Below are positions 15,354 to 23,876 of a DNA stretch of 64,000 bases, piece after piece. Below the pieces are notes generated by a model. The model searched no databases and was not told the DNA's origin. It saw only the letters and a program-made list of their open reading frames with translations. Both the position numbers and the translations under genes were made by a program. Source of the stretch: an uncultured Clostridia bacterium (GTDB lineage: Bacteria > Bacillota > Clostridia > Christensenellales > CAG-138); the NCBI GenBank assembly GCA_946625575.1, contig CAMOTD010000002.1:2507-66506 (forward strand), in the 5' to 3' direction. Each line of letters opens with the position of its first letter. Positions within the stretch are counted from its first letter, which is position 1.

Positions 15354-16466
15354 ATGAAGCGGAGCAGTATTCCCGGTCAGCTGTTAAGGCTTCTCCATTT
15401 ACTGATAGTCCCTGTTACCTATTTCGTGACCAAGGCGGCGGCAAAGCATCCCAAAACGGTCGAATGGCTTTATTCGGCGCGGATATACCCCGTTATAAGC
15501 GGCGCCGTTTCTCACGTGACGAGGCTTGTTCCGTTTGCCGTCGTCGAGATTCTTGCTTTTGCACTCGCCGTCGCTTTTGTCGTTAGCTTCATAGTCAGGC
15601 TGATAAAGCTCTTCAAAAAGAAGGAGCACGCGTTTGCCCGGTTCCTTTCGCTGTTCATAAGCGCGCTCATATTTGCCGCTTACCTCTTCCCCGCCTTCTA
15701 CGTTATGTGGGGCTTCAATATGTTCAGGCTGCCCATTGATGAAAAGATGAAGCTTCCCGAAAGAGAGTACACCGTCGAAGAGCTGAACGCGGTATGCGTA
15801 GACCTCGCGCAGAAGGCGTCGTCGCTGCGTGAAAAAGCAACCGTCGACACCTCCGGCTATTTCAGCGCCGATCTTGATAAAACGCTTGGATCAGTACGCG
15901 AAGCATGCGATTCATACGGAAGGAACCATCCCGACTTCAAGGCGGACTGTCCCGAAGCTAATCCGCTGATATCCTCCGAATTCTTCTCAAAATGCGGCAT
16001 CTCCGGGATCTACATTTTCCTTACGGAGGAGCCCTGCATAAACAAGAACGAGCCGTTCCTGTACACGCCGCACAGCGCGGCGCATGAAACGGCCCATTAC
16101 ATAGGTTACGCGCACGAGGACGACGCCAACTTTTTGGCGTTCCTTATCTGCAGCGAAGCGGACGATCCGAACGTCGCGTATTCCGGATACATGCACGCGC
16201 TCGTTCATTGCGGGTACGCGCTTTCAAAGGCCGACAAAGAAGCTTATGCCAGGCTTTACGGTATGTATTTCGAAGGTATGGTCGCGGATCTTAAACAGTA
16301 CAGCGAGCATTACAGGAAATACTCCGATACCAAGACCTGGGAAAAATCAAACGAATTGAACGACAATTACCTTAAATTCAATCAACAGGAAAAGGGCGTG
16401 CTCTCTTATCAGGAGGACACCGCCCTTATACTCAGATATTACGACAGCATGGGGTTCTTCAACTGA
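15354..16466 (+). CDS. DUF3810-like membrane protein with zincin HExxH motif (putative metallopeptidase)
   Basis: 370 aa. N-terminal TM helices and HETAHYIGYAHEDDANF (HExxH). Size and architecture match DUF3810 as I recall it. Confidence 0.65.
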   Translation: MKRSSIPGQLLRLLHLLIVPVTYFVTKAAAKHPKTVEWLYSARIYPVISGAVSHVTRLVPFAVVEILAFALAVAFVVSFIVRLIKLFKKKEHAFARFLSLFISALIFAAYLFPAFYVMWGFNMFRLPIDEKMKLPEREYTVEELNAVCVDLAQKASSLREKATVDTSGYFSADLDKTLGSVREACDSYGRNHPDFKADCPEANPLISSEFFSKCGISGIYIFLTEEPCINKNEPFLYTPHSAAHETAHYIGYAHEDDANFLAFLICSEADDPNVAYSGYMHALVHCGYALSKADKEAYARLYGMYFEGMVADLKQYSEHYRKYSDTKTWEKSNELNDNYLKFNQQEKGVLSYQEDTALILRYYDSMGFFN

Positions 16467-16889
16467 TCATTCGACTCCGACGTCAAGATCCCCGCTCATG
16501 CTCCAGACAAGGGTAACGTTAACGCTGCCCTTTTCAAATTGGGGCACGCCGCTCATGCCTTTTGAGACCCAGATCGAAGAGCCCTCCGCAAGCTTGAAGC
16601 CTTCTGCGAGGAAGGAATTGGCATAAGCCTCGAATTCATCGTCTGAAACCGCCTTAAAGGAGACGACAGTCATCCCATCTTCGCCGACGTAGATATTATC
16701 GAAAAAGCCTCCGGCCGTGTAACGGGGAATCCCGGCGAGCTTTTCATACCCGTCCCATTGTTTAAGCACCTCGGGATCGGAAGCATTTTTGGGAAGCGCA
16801 TCCTCGCCGGGATCATAGGAATGGGAGCAGCCGGCAAGAACGAATGCCGAAAGCAGTAACGCAAGCGCAGTTAAAACTGTCTTTTTCAT
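16467..16889 (-). CDS. lipoprotein, function unknown
   Basis: MKKTVLTALALLLSAFVLAGCSH: signal peptide plus lipobox (LAGC). Start moved to ATG 16889. Confidence 0.65.
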   Translation of the reverse strand: MKKTVLTALALLLSAFVLAGCSHSYDPGEDALPKNASDPEVLKQWDGYEKLAGIPRYTAGGFFDNIYVGEDGMTVVSFKAVSDDEFEAYANSFLAEGFKLAEGSSIWVSKGMSGVPQFEKGSVNVTLVWSMSGDLDVGVE

Positions 16890-17036
16890 CTGACACGATC
16901 CGCCAGCAGGCGGCCTTTCCCGGCGCAAACGCGCCGTTTTCTTTTTTTATGATTCTATCACATTCCTCCTTACTTTTCAATCGGTTCGGATAAAAACCGG
17001 TTCGCGGCGCATCATATCAATTATACGGAGGAATGT

Positions 17037-17723
17037 ATGTTTACTTCATTTATCAGAACGGTATTGATATACCTCCTCGTTTTCGGTGTGCTGAGGCTTA
17101 TGGGGAAGCGGCAGATAAGCGACATGCAGCCGTTCGATCTCGTTATAACGCTCCTTATCGCCGACGTCGCCTCCGTCCCCATGTCCGATACCGCGATACC
17201 GCTGCTCTTCGGCGCGGTTCCGATACTGACACTTTTCATACTGCACAGGCTGCTCGCGTATTTCTCGCTGAGATCCGTCACGGTTCGCAGGCTGATCTGC
17301 GGGAAACCGATAATAATCAGCTCCAAAGGCGTCGTTGACGAAGAGGCGATGCGCGCGGCGAACTATACGCTCGGCGACCTGACGGAGCAGTTGAGACTCA
17401 AGGACGTTTTCTCGATATCGGGAGCGGAATACTGCATACTCGAGACGAACGGTTCCCTGAGTGTGATACCGACTGAAAACGGCAATGATACCGCCCCGTC
17501 TATGCAGCTGATCCTCGACGGAAAGCCGGTGAAGGAAGCGATATCGGACGCCGGCGTGAGCATAGCTTCGCTTAAAACCACGCTGAAAAACTCCTGCGGG
17601 CTTGCATTAAACGAGTGCTTCTATGCGGAGTATCTGCCCGACGGGACGCTGACGGTGCAGGAGAAGCTTAAAAAACGCGGAAAAGACCCGAAGATCTACA
17701 AAGTAAAAGGACTTGCGAAATGA
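17037..17723 (+). CDS. DUF421 (YetF-like) membrane protein
   Basis: LRLMGKRQISDMQPFDLVITLLIADVAS matches the conserved YetF/DUF421 N-terminal motif; 228 aa. Confidence 0.75.
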   Translation: MFTSFIRTVLIYLLVFGVLRLMGKRQISDMQPFDLVITLLIADVASVPMSDTAIPLLFGAVPILTLFILHRLLAYFSLRSVTVRRLICGKPIIISSKGVVDEEAMRAANYTLGDLTEQLRLKDVFSISGAEYCILETNGSLSVIPTENGNDTAPSMQLILDGKPVKEAISDAGVSIASLKTTLKNSCGLALNECFYAEYLPDGTLTVQEKLKKRGKDPKIYKVKGLAK

Positions 17724-18130
17724 AAAACGGAAGCTTTAAGACGATCAAGGCGATAATAGCCGCCGTGCTGCTTATCTCCGCCGCGGCGATCGCACTGACC
17801 TGTTTTCTGCCGGGGATACTGATAAACAAGCTGTACGGCGAATGCGTCGACGACCTCGATAAAGCTGTCGCTGCGGCGCTGGAAGAACGTAACGATATAG
17901 CGTATCTTCACATTCAAACCGTCTGCGGAAGGCTCGAAAAAAGCAAAAAAATGCTGATGGTTTTTTACGATCACAACAAGGTTATCGAGCTGACGGGATC
18001 GGCAGGGACCGCCCTTGAGCTTGCCAAAACAAAAGATACCGCGCAGCTCATCACGGAGCTGTGCGATATCGAAAAAGCATTTGATTACTTGATCCACACG
18101 AACGACGCGGGACTATACAACGTCTTCTGA
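17720..18130 (+). CDS. DUF4363-like small membrane-anchored protein
   Basis: 136 aa. N-terminal TM anchor. Overlaps the DUF421 stop (ATGA), the usual DUF421/DUF4363 pairing in Clostridia. Family call from memory. Confidence 0.55.
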   Translation: MKNGSFKTIKAIIAAVLLISAAAIALTCFLPGILINKLYGECVDDLDKAVAAALEERNDIAYLHIQTVCGRLEKSKKMLMVFYDHNKVIELTGSAGTALELAKTKDTAQLITELCDIEKAFDYLIHTNDAGLYNVF

Positions 18131-18790
18131 TCAATCCTTATGGACTATGTCGTCGTGATCCTTATAGATGCTGTCCGCGGGAACGACGCCCCTCACGCAG
18201 GACACGGGATAGATCGACGAGTTCCTTCCTATCACGGAACCGGGATTGAGGACGGAATTACAGCCGACCTCCACGAAGTCGCCCAGCACGGCGCCGAACT
18301 TCTTGCGTCCTGTCTCGATCTCCTCCCCCATGCTTTTGACGACGACAGGCGTCCTGTCGCTCTTTACGTTTGAGGTGATCGAGCCGGCGCCCATGTGCGC
18401 CTTGTAGCCGAGTATCGAATCGCCAACGTAATTGTAATGCGGGACCTGTACGTTATCGAAAAGAATAACGTTCTTAAGCTCTGTGGAATTGCCCACGACG
18501 CAGTCCTTGCCAATAAGCGCGCTGCCCCTTATGAACGCGCAATGTCTGACCTCTGCGCCGTGATCAATGATACAGGGGGGTGCGATATAAGCCGTGGGGT
18601 AAACGACCGCATCCTTCGCGATCCATACGTTCTCCATCGGGGAATAAAACTCATCCTCGGGGAGCGTTTTGCCGAGTTCACATATAAAATCCTTGATATC
18701 GGGAAGCACCTCCCAGGCAAACCGTTTGCCCTCGAATAGCTTTGCCGCCCTTGTGTGTTCAAGATCAAGAAGCTGTTTGATGCTGTACAT
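18131..18790 (-). CDS. left-handed beta-helix (hexapeptide repeat) transferase resembling the GlmU C-terminal acetyltransferase domain
   Basis: HYNYVGDSILGYKAHMGAGSITSNVKSD...FGAVLGDFVEVGCNSVLNPGSVIG parallels GlmU HLTYLGDAEIG..VNIGAGTITCNYDG...IGDDVFVGS. No N-terminal nucleotidyltransferase domain. Directly downstream of glmM. Confidence 0.7.
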   Translation of the reverse strand: MYSIKQLLDLEHTRAAKLFEGKRFAWEVLPDIKDFICELGKTLPEDEFYSPMENVWIAKDAVVYPTAYIAPPCIIDHGAEVRHCAFIRGSALIGKDCVVGNSTELKNVILFDNVQVPHYNYVGDSILGYKAHMGAGSITSNVKSDRTPVVVKSMGEEIETGRKKFGAVLGDFVEVGCNSVLNPGSVIGRNSSIYPVSCVRGVVPADSIYKDHDDIVHKD

Positions 18791-18797
18791 ATGCGCC

Positions 18798-20150
18798 TCA
18801 CTTTATGGCTATCAGAAGGCCGCGTTCTTTCATAACGCCGATCACCTGATCGACCTTTGCCTCGCAAAGCTCGTGCGTGGGGGCTTCGACCATAACGCGA
18901 AGCACGGGCTCCGTTCCGCTCTTCCTCAAAAGGATCCTGCCGTTTTCGCCGAGCTCGGAAGCAACCTCCCCGACAACCTTCACGACTTCGGGATCGGCAA
19001 GCGTAAGATCCTTATCCGTAACCTTTACGTTCTTGAGCACTTGAGGATAGACCTCGAGATCCTCGGTAAGCTTGGAAAGGGACAGCTTGCGGTCCTTTAC
19101 GACCTGCATAAGCTTTATGGCGGTGATAAGACCGTCTCCCGTGGTGGCGTATTTGGCGAAAATGATATGCCCGGACTGCTCGCCGCCAAGCAGATGCCCG
19201 TTTTCGCGCATATTCTCATAGACGTATTTGTCGCCGACCGCGGTCTTTTCATATGCGATGCCGGCGGCGTCGAACGCCTTATAAAGCCCGAAATTGCTCA
19301 TGACCGTCGTGACGACGGTGTTGTTCGCAAGGCTTCCCCTCGACTTCATATGCCTGCCGCAGACGTACAGTATCGCGTCGCCGTTTACGATCTCGCCCTT
19401 TTCATCAACGGCAAGGCACCTGTCGGCGTCACCGTCGAAGGCGAAACCGATATCAAGATGCTTTTCCCTGACGAGGCGCTGAAGGTTCCCGATATGAGTC
19501 GAGCCGCAATCCATATTGATATTGGTGCCGTCCGGCTCGTTGCCGATGACGAAGGTCTCTGCTCCGAGAGCGTCGAACACGCTCTTGGCGATCTGCCATG
19601 TGGAGCCGTTAGCGGAATCGAGCCCGATACGCATACCCTTATAGGAATGGGTCGCGAGGGAGATGATGTACCCGATATAGCGATTGCGCCCCGACGAATA
19701 ATCGATCACGTGCCCGATGGCGTCGCGCGTGGCGTACGGCGGCTCGGGAAGATAACCGTCGAGATAGCGCTCTATTTCTGAAATAACCTCCTCCTCCATT
19801 TTTTCACCGTTGGAGTTGAGGAGCTTGATACCGTTATCGTAATAAGGATTATGACTTGCGGAGATCATTATCCCGCAGTCGAAATTATCCGTCCGAGCGA
19901 TGTAAGAAACGCTCGGCGTAGTGGTAACGTGCATGAGATATACGTCCGCGCCGGAGGAAGTAAGACCGGCGGTAAGCGCGCATTCAAACATATAGCTCGA
20001 CAGCCTCGTATCCTTGCCGATAACAACGCGGCATTGCCTGTCCCGTTCGAAATAATGCCCCAGGAACCTGCCGATCCTGAAGGCGTGATCGACGGTAAGA
20101 TCAACGTTGGCTTCGCCGCGGAAGCCGTCTGTGCCGAAATACTTTGACAT
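18798..20150 (-). CDS. glmM: phosphoglucosamine mutase
   Basis: 450 aa; MSKYFGTDGFRG, active-site SASHNPYYDNGIK, GDGDADR, GEQSGH motifs. Confidence 0.93.
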   Translation of the reverse strand: MSKYFGTDGFRGEANVDLTVDHAFRIGRFLGHYFERDRQCRVVIGKDTRLSSYMFECALTAGLTSSGADVYLMHVTTTPSVSYIARTDNFDCGIMISASHNPYYDNGIKLLNSNGEKMEEEVISEIERYLDGYLPEPPYATRDAIGHVIDYSSGRNRYIGYIISLATHSYKGMRIGLDSANGSTWQIAKSVFDALGAETFVIGNEPDGTNINMDCGSTHIGNLQRLVREKHLDIGFAFDGDADRCLAVDEKGEIVNGDAILYVCGRHMKSRGSLANNTVVTTVMSNFGLYKAFDAAGIAYEKTAVGDKYVYENMRENGHLLGGEQSGHIIFAKYATTGDGLITAIKLMQVVKDRKLSLSKLTEDLEVYPQVLKNVKVTDKDLTLADPEVVKVVGEVASELGENGRILLRKSGTEPVLRVMVEAPTHELCEAKVDQVIGVMKERGLLIAIK

Positions 20151-20253
20151 ACTGATATAATGCCCTTAACGGGCACCCTTTCCCGGCATAAACGCCGATA
20201 ATTTCCAAAAACCAACCGGTAAGGACGCAATACATGCACCATACCATTATTTT

Positions 20254-20282
20254 ATTATATCACCAAGCCGTCTTTCATGCAA
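20254..20282 (-). promoter_or_regulatory. sigma-A type promoter of glmM (TTGCAT-17-TATAAT)
   Basis: Minus strand TTGCATGAAAGACGGCTTGGTGATATAAT; leaves a leader of about 100 nt. Confidence 0.5.
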
Positions 20283-20367
20283 TAATATTGACCTTTTGAC
20301 GACTTGATTATTGAAATATAATCTTTTTTAAGATAAAATAGACATACTATCTATATAGGCAAAGGCA

Positions 20368-22491
20368 ATGAAAAGGATCTCAGCGATATTATTGATATTC
20401 GCCTTATCGGCGTTAATGATCTCCCCCGCGCTTGCAGGGGCTTATAATGACGCGCTTCCGCTGCCGGAACCCATAGCCGGCGTAGAGGACATCGGAAGCA
20501 CTCCGGCGCTCCTCTTCGACGTCGATACGGGCGCCGTCTTATTCGACAACCGTTCCGACGCCGGCGCAAAGCCCGGCTCCCTTACGACGGTCATGACGGC
20601 TCTGCTCCTCATCGAAAACACCGATCCCGGCGAATGGGATACGCCTCTCAAGGCGCTCAAGGAAGTCAACTCGTCCTGGAGCAGGCGCGGAGCGCAGATG
20701 GGGCTTGAAAAAGGCATGACCCCGACCCGGCGCGATCTTTTGAACGCGCTGCTCCTGCAGGGCGCCGCGGACGCGTCCTTCGTCACCTCCTCGATAATCA
20801 GCGGGAGCGAAACGGCTTTCGTTTCGCTCATGAACGAGAAAGCCGCCTCGCTGGGCATGAACGATACTCATTTCGACAACGGCTTCGGTCTCGGCTCCGG
20901 CGCGCATTATACGACCGCTTTCGATATGAGCCTTCTCGTTTCCGAGGCAATGAAAAACGATATCTTCGTCTCCTCCGTCAGGCAGACCGAGCATACCTGC
21001 TCCGCGGGATGCGGCGGCATAAGGCTCGTTAATTCCAACACCGCGCTCGGGTCGAACGGCTGTATCGGCTTAAAATTCGGCGGCGACAGCGAAAAGGAGC
21101 ACTCGGTCATAATCGTGCGCGAGGCGGGCTCGCTCCGTCTTGCGGCAGTCATACTCGAGGCGCCGTATGACAGCGCGGCGTACAGCTTCGCCGACAGGCT
21201 GATCTCCGCCGGCTTTTCGGAATACGCCAAGACCTGCGGCTACTTCAGCTTTTTGCCCACCAACGCCGTCTATACGGCAAAGAGCGGCGCAAGGCTCCTC
21301 TCCTCGCCCGGCGGCGCACAGGTAAGCTCGCTTCAGACGAGCGAGCTGCTTAACGTATGCGGCTCTCATTCCGAGAACGATACAGTCTGGCTGCTTGTTT
21401 ACCATGGCGGCGCCTATCTTTGGATAAACGCCGACGAAGCGGAATTCTCCTGCTATAACGACGATATCCTGATCGAGAACGGTCCGGAGCTCTCCTCCGA
21501 AAAAGAAGCGTCCGACCCGCTGAATATCTCTGCTTATTTCACAACAAGACATTCCGTCCGTTCCGTTAAGATCACGCTGTCACTTCCCGACGGCGCAAAG
21601 GAGTTCGAGAGGACTCGCCGTCCGAACGTTCACGGGTGGTCGACGCTTCGGGACACTTCCGTTTCCGAAGACCTGTCTTCGCTCTCGCTAACCGCGGGCA
21701 TTTACACCTGCACGGTAGAAGTCACGGCTGAAGCCGCCGTGCCAGGCCAGGAGCCCATGACTTTTGTTAAATCAAACAGCAGTATCCTTTCCGTCGGCAC
21801 AGGCGGAGCCTGCGTTTCCTATAACGCCAACGGAGGCGAAAACGCCCCAAGGGGAGAATGCTTCTTCGATTCCTTCGGCATCCCGAATGAAACGCCCGAT
21901 CGCTTCGGCATGGAATTTGACGGATGGTGTGCTTCCCCCTCCGGCTCCGCGGAAAAATACATGCCCGGCGACGTCGTTCAGCATGCAGGTTCGCTTACAC
22001 TGTATGCCGTCTGGAAGGAGGCGCAGCCCTCCTGGGACGTCGACCTTCGCGTCTATTACACCGACTCGCTCATACTTGAAGGCTTCGTCAAAAACCCCGG
22101 CGGCATTTCGGGTATGCGTCTCGTGATCGAGGGAAAGGACGGAACGGTGCTTGACGAAACAAGCCCCGTCCACGAAAACGAAGCGGCGCCCGGAGCAGTA
22201 TTCCTGACGCGTCCCGTCTCTCTCAATATGGGAGATTACACGGTAAGCGTTTACGCTTCAAGCGTCGGCAAACCGCTTGAGATCGTCTCTCAGCTCGATC
22301 TATCCGTTAAGTCGTCCGGCAATGAAGCAACGCCTGCCCCGATCGGTTCGGAGACGCCCGCCGTCACTCCCGCTCCCTCCGGAAACGGTTTCAGCTTCCT
22401 ATCGATACCCATCGCGGTTTGGTTCGTGATCGGCGCGCTCGTCGTTTTGGGGCTCATCGCCGCGATCATAATAATCATCAAGCACGGATAA
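20368..22491 (+). CDS. peptidase S11 (D-Ala-D-Ala carboxypeptidase) homologue with degenerate catalytic motifs, surface-repeat region and C-terminal TM anchor
   Basis: Signal peptide. S11-like fold motifs present but altered (SLTT for SxxK, QGAADA for SGNDA, KFG for KTG). YNANGGEN...FDGW...YAVW Listeria/Bacteroides-type repeat. Terminal hydrophobic helix VWFVIGALVVLGLIAAIIIII. Confidence 0.75.
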   Translation: MKRISAILLIFALSALMISPALAGAYNDALPLPEPIAGVEDIGSTPALLFDVDTGAVLFDNRSDAGAKPGSLTTVMTALLLIENTDPGEWDTPLKALKEVNSSWSRRGAQMGLEKGMTPTRRDLLNALLLQGAADASFVTSSIISGSETAFVSLMNEKAASLGMNDTHFDNGFGLGSGAHYTTAFDMSLLVSEAMKNDIFVSSVRQTEHTCSAGCGGIRLVNSNTALGSNGCIGLKFGGDSEKEHSVIIVREAGSLRLAAVILEAPYDSAAYSFADRLISAGFSEYAKTCGYFSFLPTNAVYTAKSGARLLSSPGGAQVSSLQTSELLNVCGSHSENDTVWLLVYHGGAYLWINADEAEFSCYNDDILIENGPELSSEKEASDPLNISAYFTTRHSVRSVKITLSLPDGAKEFERTRRPNVHGWSTLRDTSVSEDLSSLSLTAGIYTCTVEVTAEAAVPGQEPMTFVKSNSSILSVGTGGACVSYNANGGENAPRGECFFDSFGIPNETPDRFGMEFDGWCASPSGSAEKYMPGDVVQHAGSLTLYAVWKEAQPSWDVDLRVYYTDSLILEGFVKNPGGISGMRLVIEGKDGTVLDETSPVHENEAAPGAVFLTRPVSLNMGDYTVSVYASSVGKPLEIVSQLDLSVKSSGNEATPAPIGSETPAVTPAPSGNGFSFLSIPIAVWFVIGALVVLGLIAAIIIIIKHG

Positions 22492-22505
22492 CAGAATAAA
22501 AACGT

Positions 22506-22545
22506 ACCTCCTCCGATATAATCAATTCGGAGGTGGTTTTTTTTT
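22506..22545 (+). terminator. intrinsic terminator whose 3' arm is the RBS of the next gene
   Basis: ACCTCCTCCGA-N10-TCGGAGGTGGT followed by T9. The last TT of the T-run begins the TTG start of the amidase gene. Confidence 0.6.
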
Positions 22546-23266
22546 GCTGTCGATAAAGAACAAAAAACGCGCTGCGGATATCCTTCTCGGGCTGATGGTA
22601 TTATCGGGCACGCTGAGCCTTGCCTGGCTCGGGATGCGCGCGCCGACGACCATCCCGACAATCGCAAGCGTCAACAATGAATGCGACCCGATACCCGATG
22701 GCGCCGCCGCCGTGGTGATCGACGCGGGTCACGGGGGCAGCGACGGAGGCGCGACAGGAACGGATACGGGCGTTATTGAGAGCGAGCTCAATCTCATAGT
22801 CGCAAAAAAGCTCTCCGACGAGCTTACTTCGCGCGGGTTTTACGTTATAATGACGCGTACGGGTGAGGGCGCGATAGCCGGGTCGAAGGATGCCGACATG
22901 AAACGCCGCGGCGAAATAATGAATATGCCCGGCGTGGATCTTGTGGTAAGCATACACATGAATAAATTCAGGGACAGGACGGTATCCGGTCCGATGGTGT
23001 TTTATATGAATGGCTCGGATGAGGGCAAACGGCTTGCGGAAAACGTGATGAGCTGCATCTGCGAGGCGATAGGAAGACCGCAGCGAAAGGCAAATCCGGA
23101 GGATCTGTACGTGCTTCGCGTGCCTGAAGCGCCGTCCGTGCTCGTCGAATGCGGATTCCTCTCGAACGCATCGGACGAAGCGCTGCTGATGACACAAGAG
23201 CACCGTGAGAAGCTCGTTAAAGGCATTGCCGACGGTATAGTGAAATACTATGAGAGCACAAATTAA
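22544..23266 (+). CDS. cwlD: N-acetylmuramoyl-L-alanine amidase, CwlD-like (Amidase_3)
   Basis: 240 aa. N-terminal TM anchor, then VVIDAGHGGSDGGA...SIHMN...ECGFLSN. Size and architecture match germination-specific CwlD. Confidence 0.7.
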   Translation: MLSIKNKKRAADILLGLMVLSGTLSLAWLGMRAPTTIPTIASVNNECDPIPDGAAAVVIDAGHGGSDGGATGTDTGVIESELNLIVAKKLSDELTSRGFYVIMTRTGEGAIAGSKDADMKRRGEIMNMPGVDLVVSIHMNKFRDRTVSGPMVFYMNGSDEGKRLAENVMSCICEAIGRPQRKANPEDLYVLRVPEAPSVLVECGFLSNASDEALLMTQEHREKLVKGIADGIVKYYESTN

Positions 23267-23295
23267 AAAGGCGTATTATAAGAATACGCCCTTAT
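23265..23295. terminator. bidirectional terminator between convergent cwlD-like and DUF2284 genes
   Basis: AAAAAGGCGTATT-ATAAG-AATACGCC. Confidence 0.5.
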
Positions 23296-23313
23296 TACGC
23301 AGTTTACGTTTGA

Positions 23314-23865
23314 TCATTTAAGCAGTCCGCCAAGCAATATGAAATGCTCCGGCAGTTTTCCGTTATCCGCCCAAAGCACCTCTTCGCCCAAAAGCTCCGT
23401 TATGCATTTGATCACGTTGCCGCCGAGGGATTCGACCGAACAGCGCATGAGCTCCGGCTTAAAGCACGGGAGCCCCTTCCCTCTCGCGCATTCTTCGCAG
23501 AGATCGCAGCCGCCGGCAGACAGCGCTAAGCTGCCCGGTTCAGCGCGCTCCATATCGTAAAGCTCATTCATCAAAGCGGTCTTTACAGGATCGACAAGCT
23601 CCATCATAACGCGGGAGAGCTCATCCTTCCCGTAGATCCTTGAGCGCAGATCCTCGGGAACGATCAGTTTTTTAGCGTAAAGAAGTATCCCTTTATGAGA
23701 GCTCCAGATATCCATGGGATCGAAGCCGTAAGGGGGGCACGCCCAGGTTTTCCCGAACGAGGGGCATTCGGAACAGCAGCCGAGGAAACGCTCGACGTCA
23801 ACGAAATCGGATATGAAGGTCTCCATATCCAAATAACCGCTCAGGGTGACTGTTTCAGGTTCCAT
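23314..23865 (-). CDS. DUF2284-like predicted metal-binding protein
   Basis: CCSECPSFGKTWACPP motif plus later Cys pairs (CDLCEEC); 183 aa. Confidence 0.65.
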   Translation of the reverse strand: MEPETVTLSGYLDMETFISDFVDVERFLGCCSECPSFGKTWACPPYGFDPMDIWSSHKGILLYAKKLIVPEDLRSRIYGKDELSRVMMELVDPVKTALMNELYDMERAEPGSLALSAGGCDLCEECARGKGLPCFKPELMRCSVESLGGNVIKCITELLGEEVLWADNGKLPEHFILLGGLLK

Positions 23866-23876
23866 CGCGTTCCCTT

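Noticed and set aside
20151-20253. ~100-nt glmM leader as a possible riboswitch or ribozyme
   Set aside because: The glmS ribozyme belongs to glmS, not glmM. I could not draw a convincing conserved structure, and only weak short hairpins are visible. Left as an untested leader.
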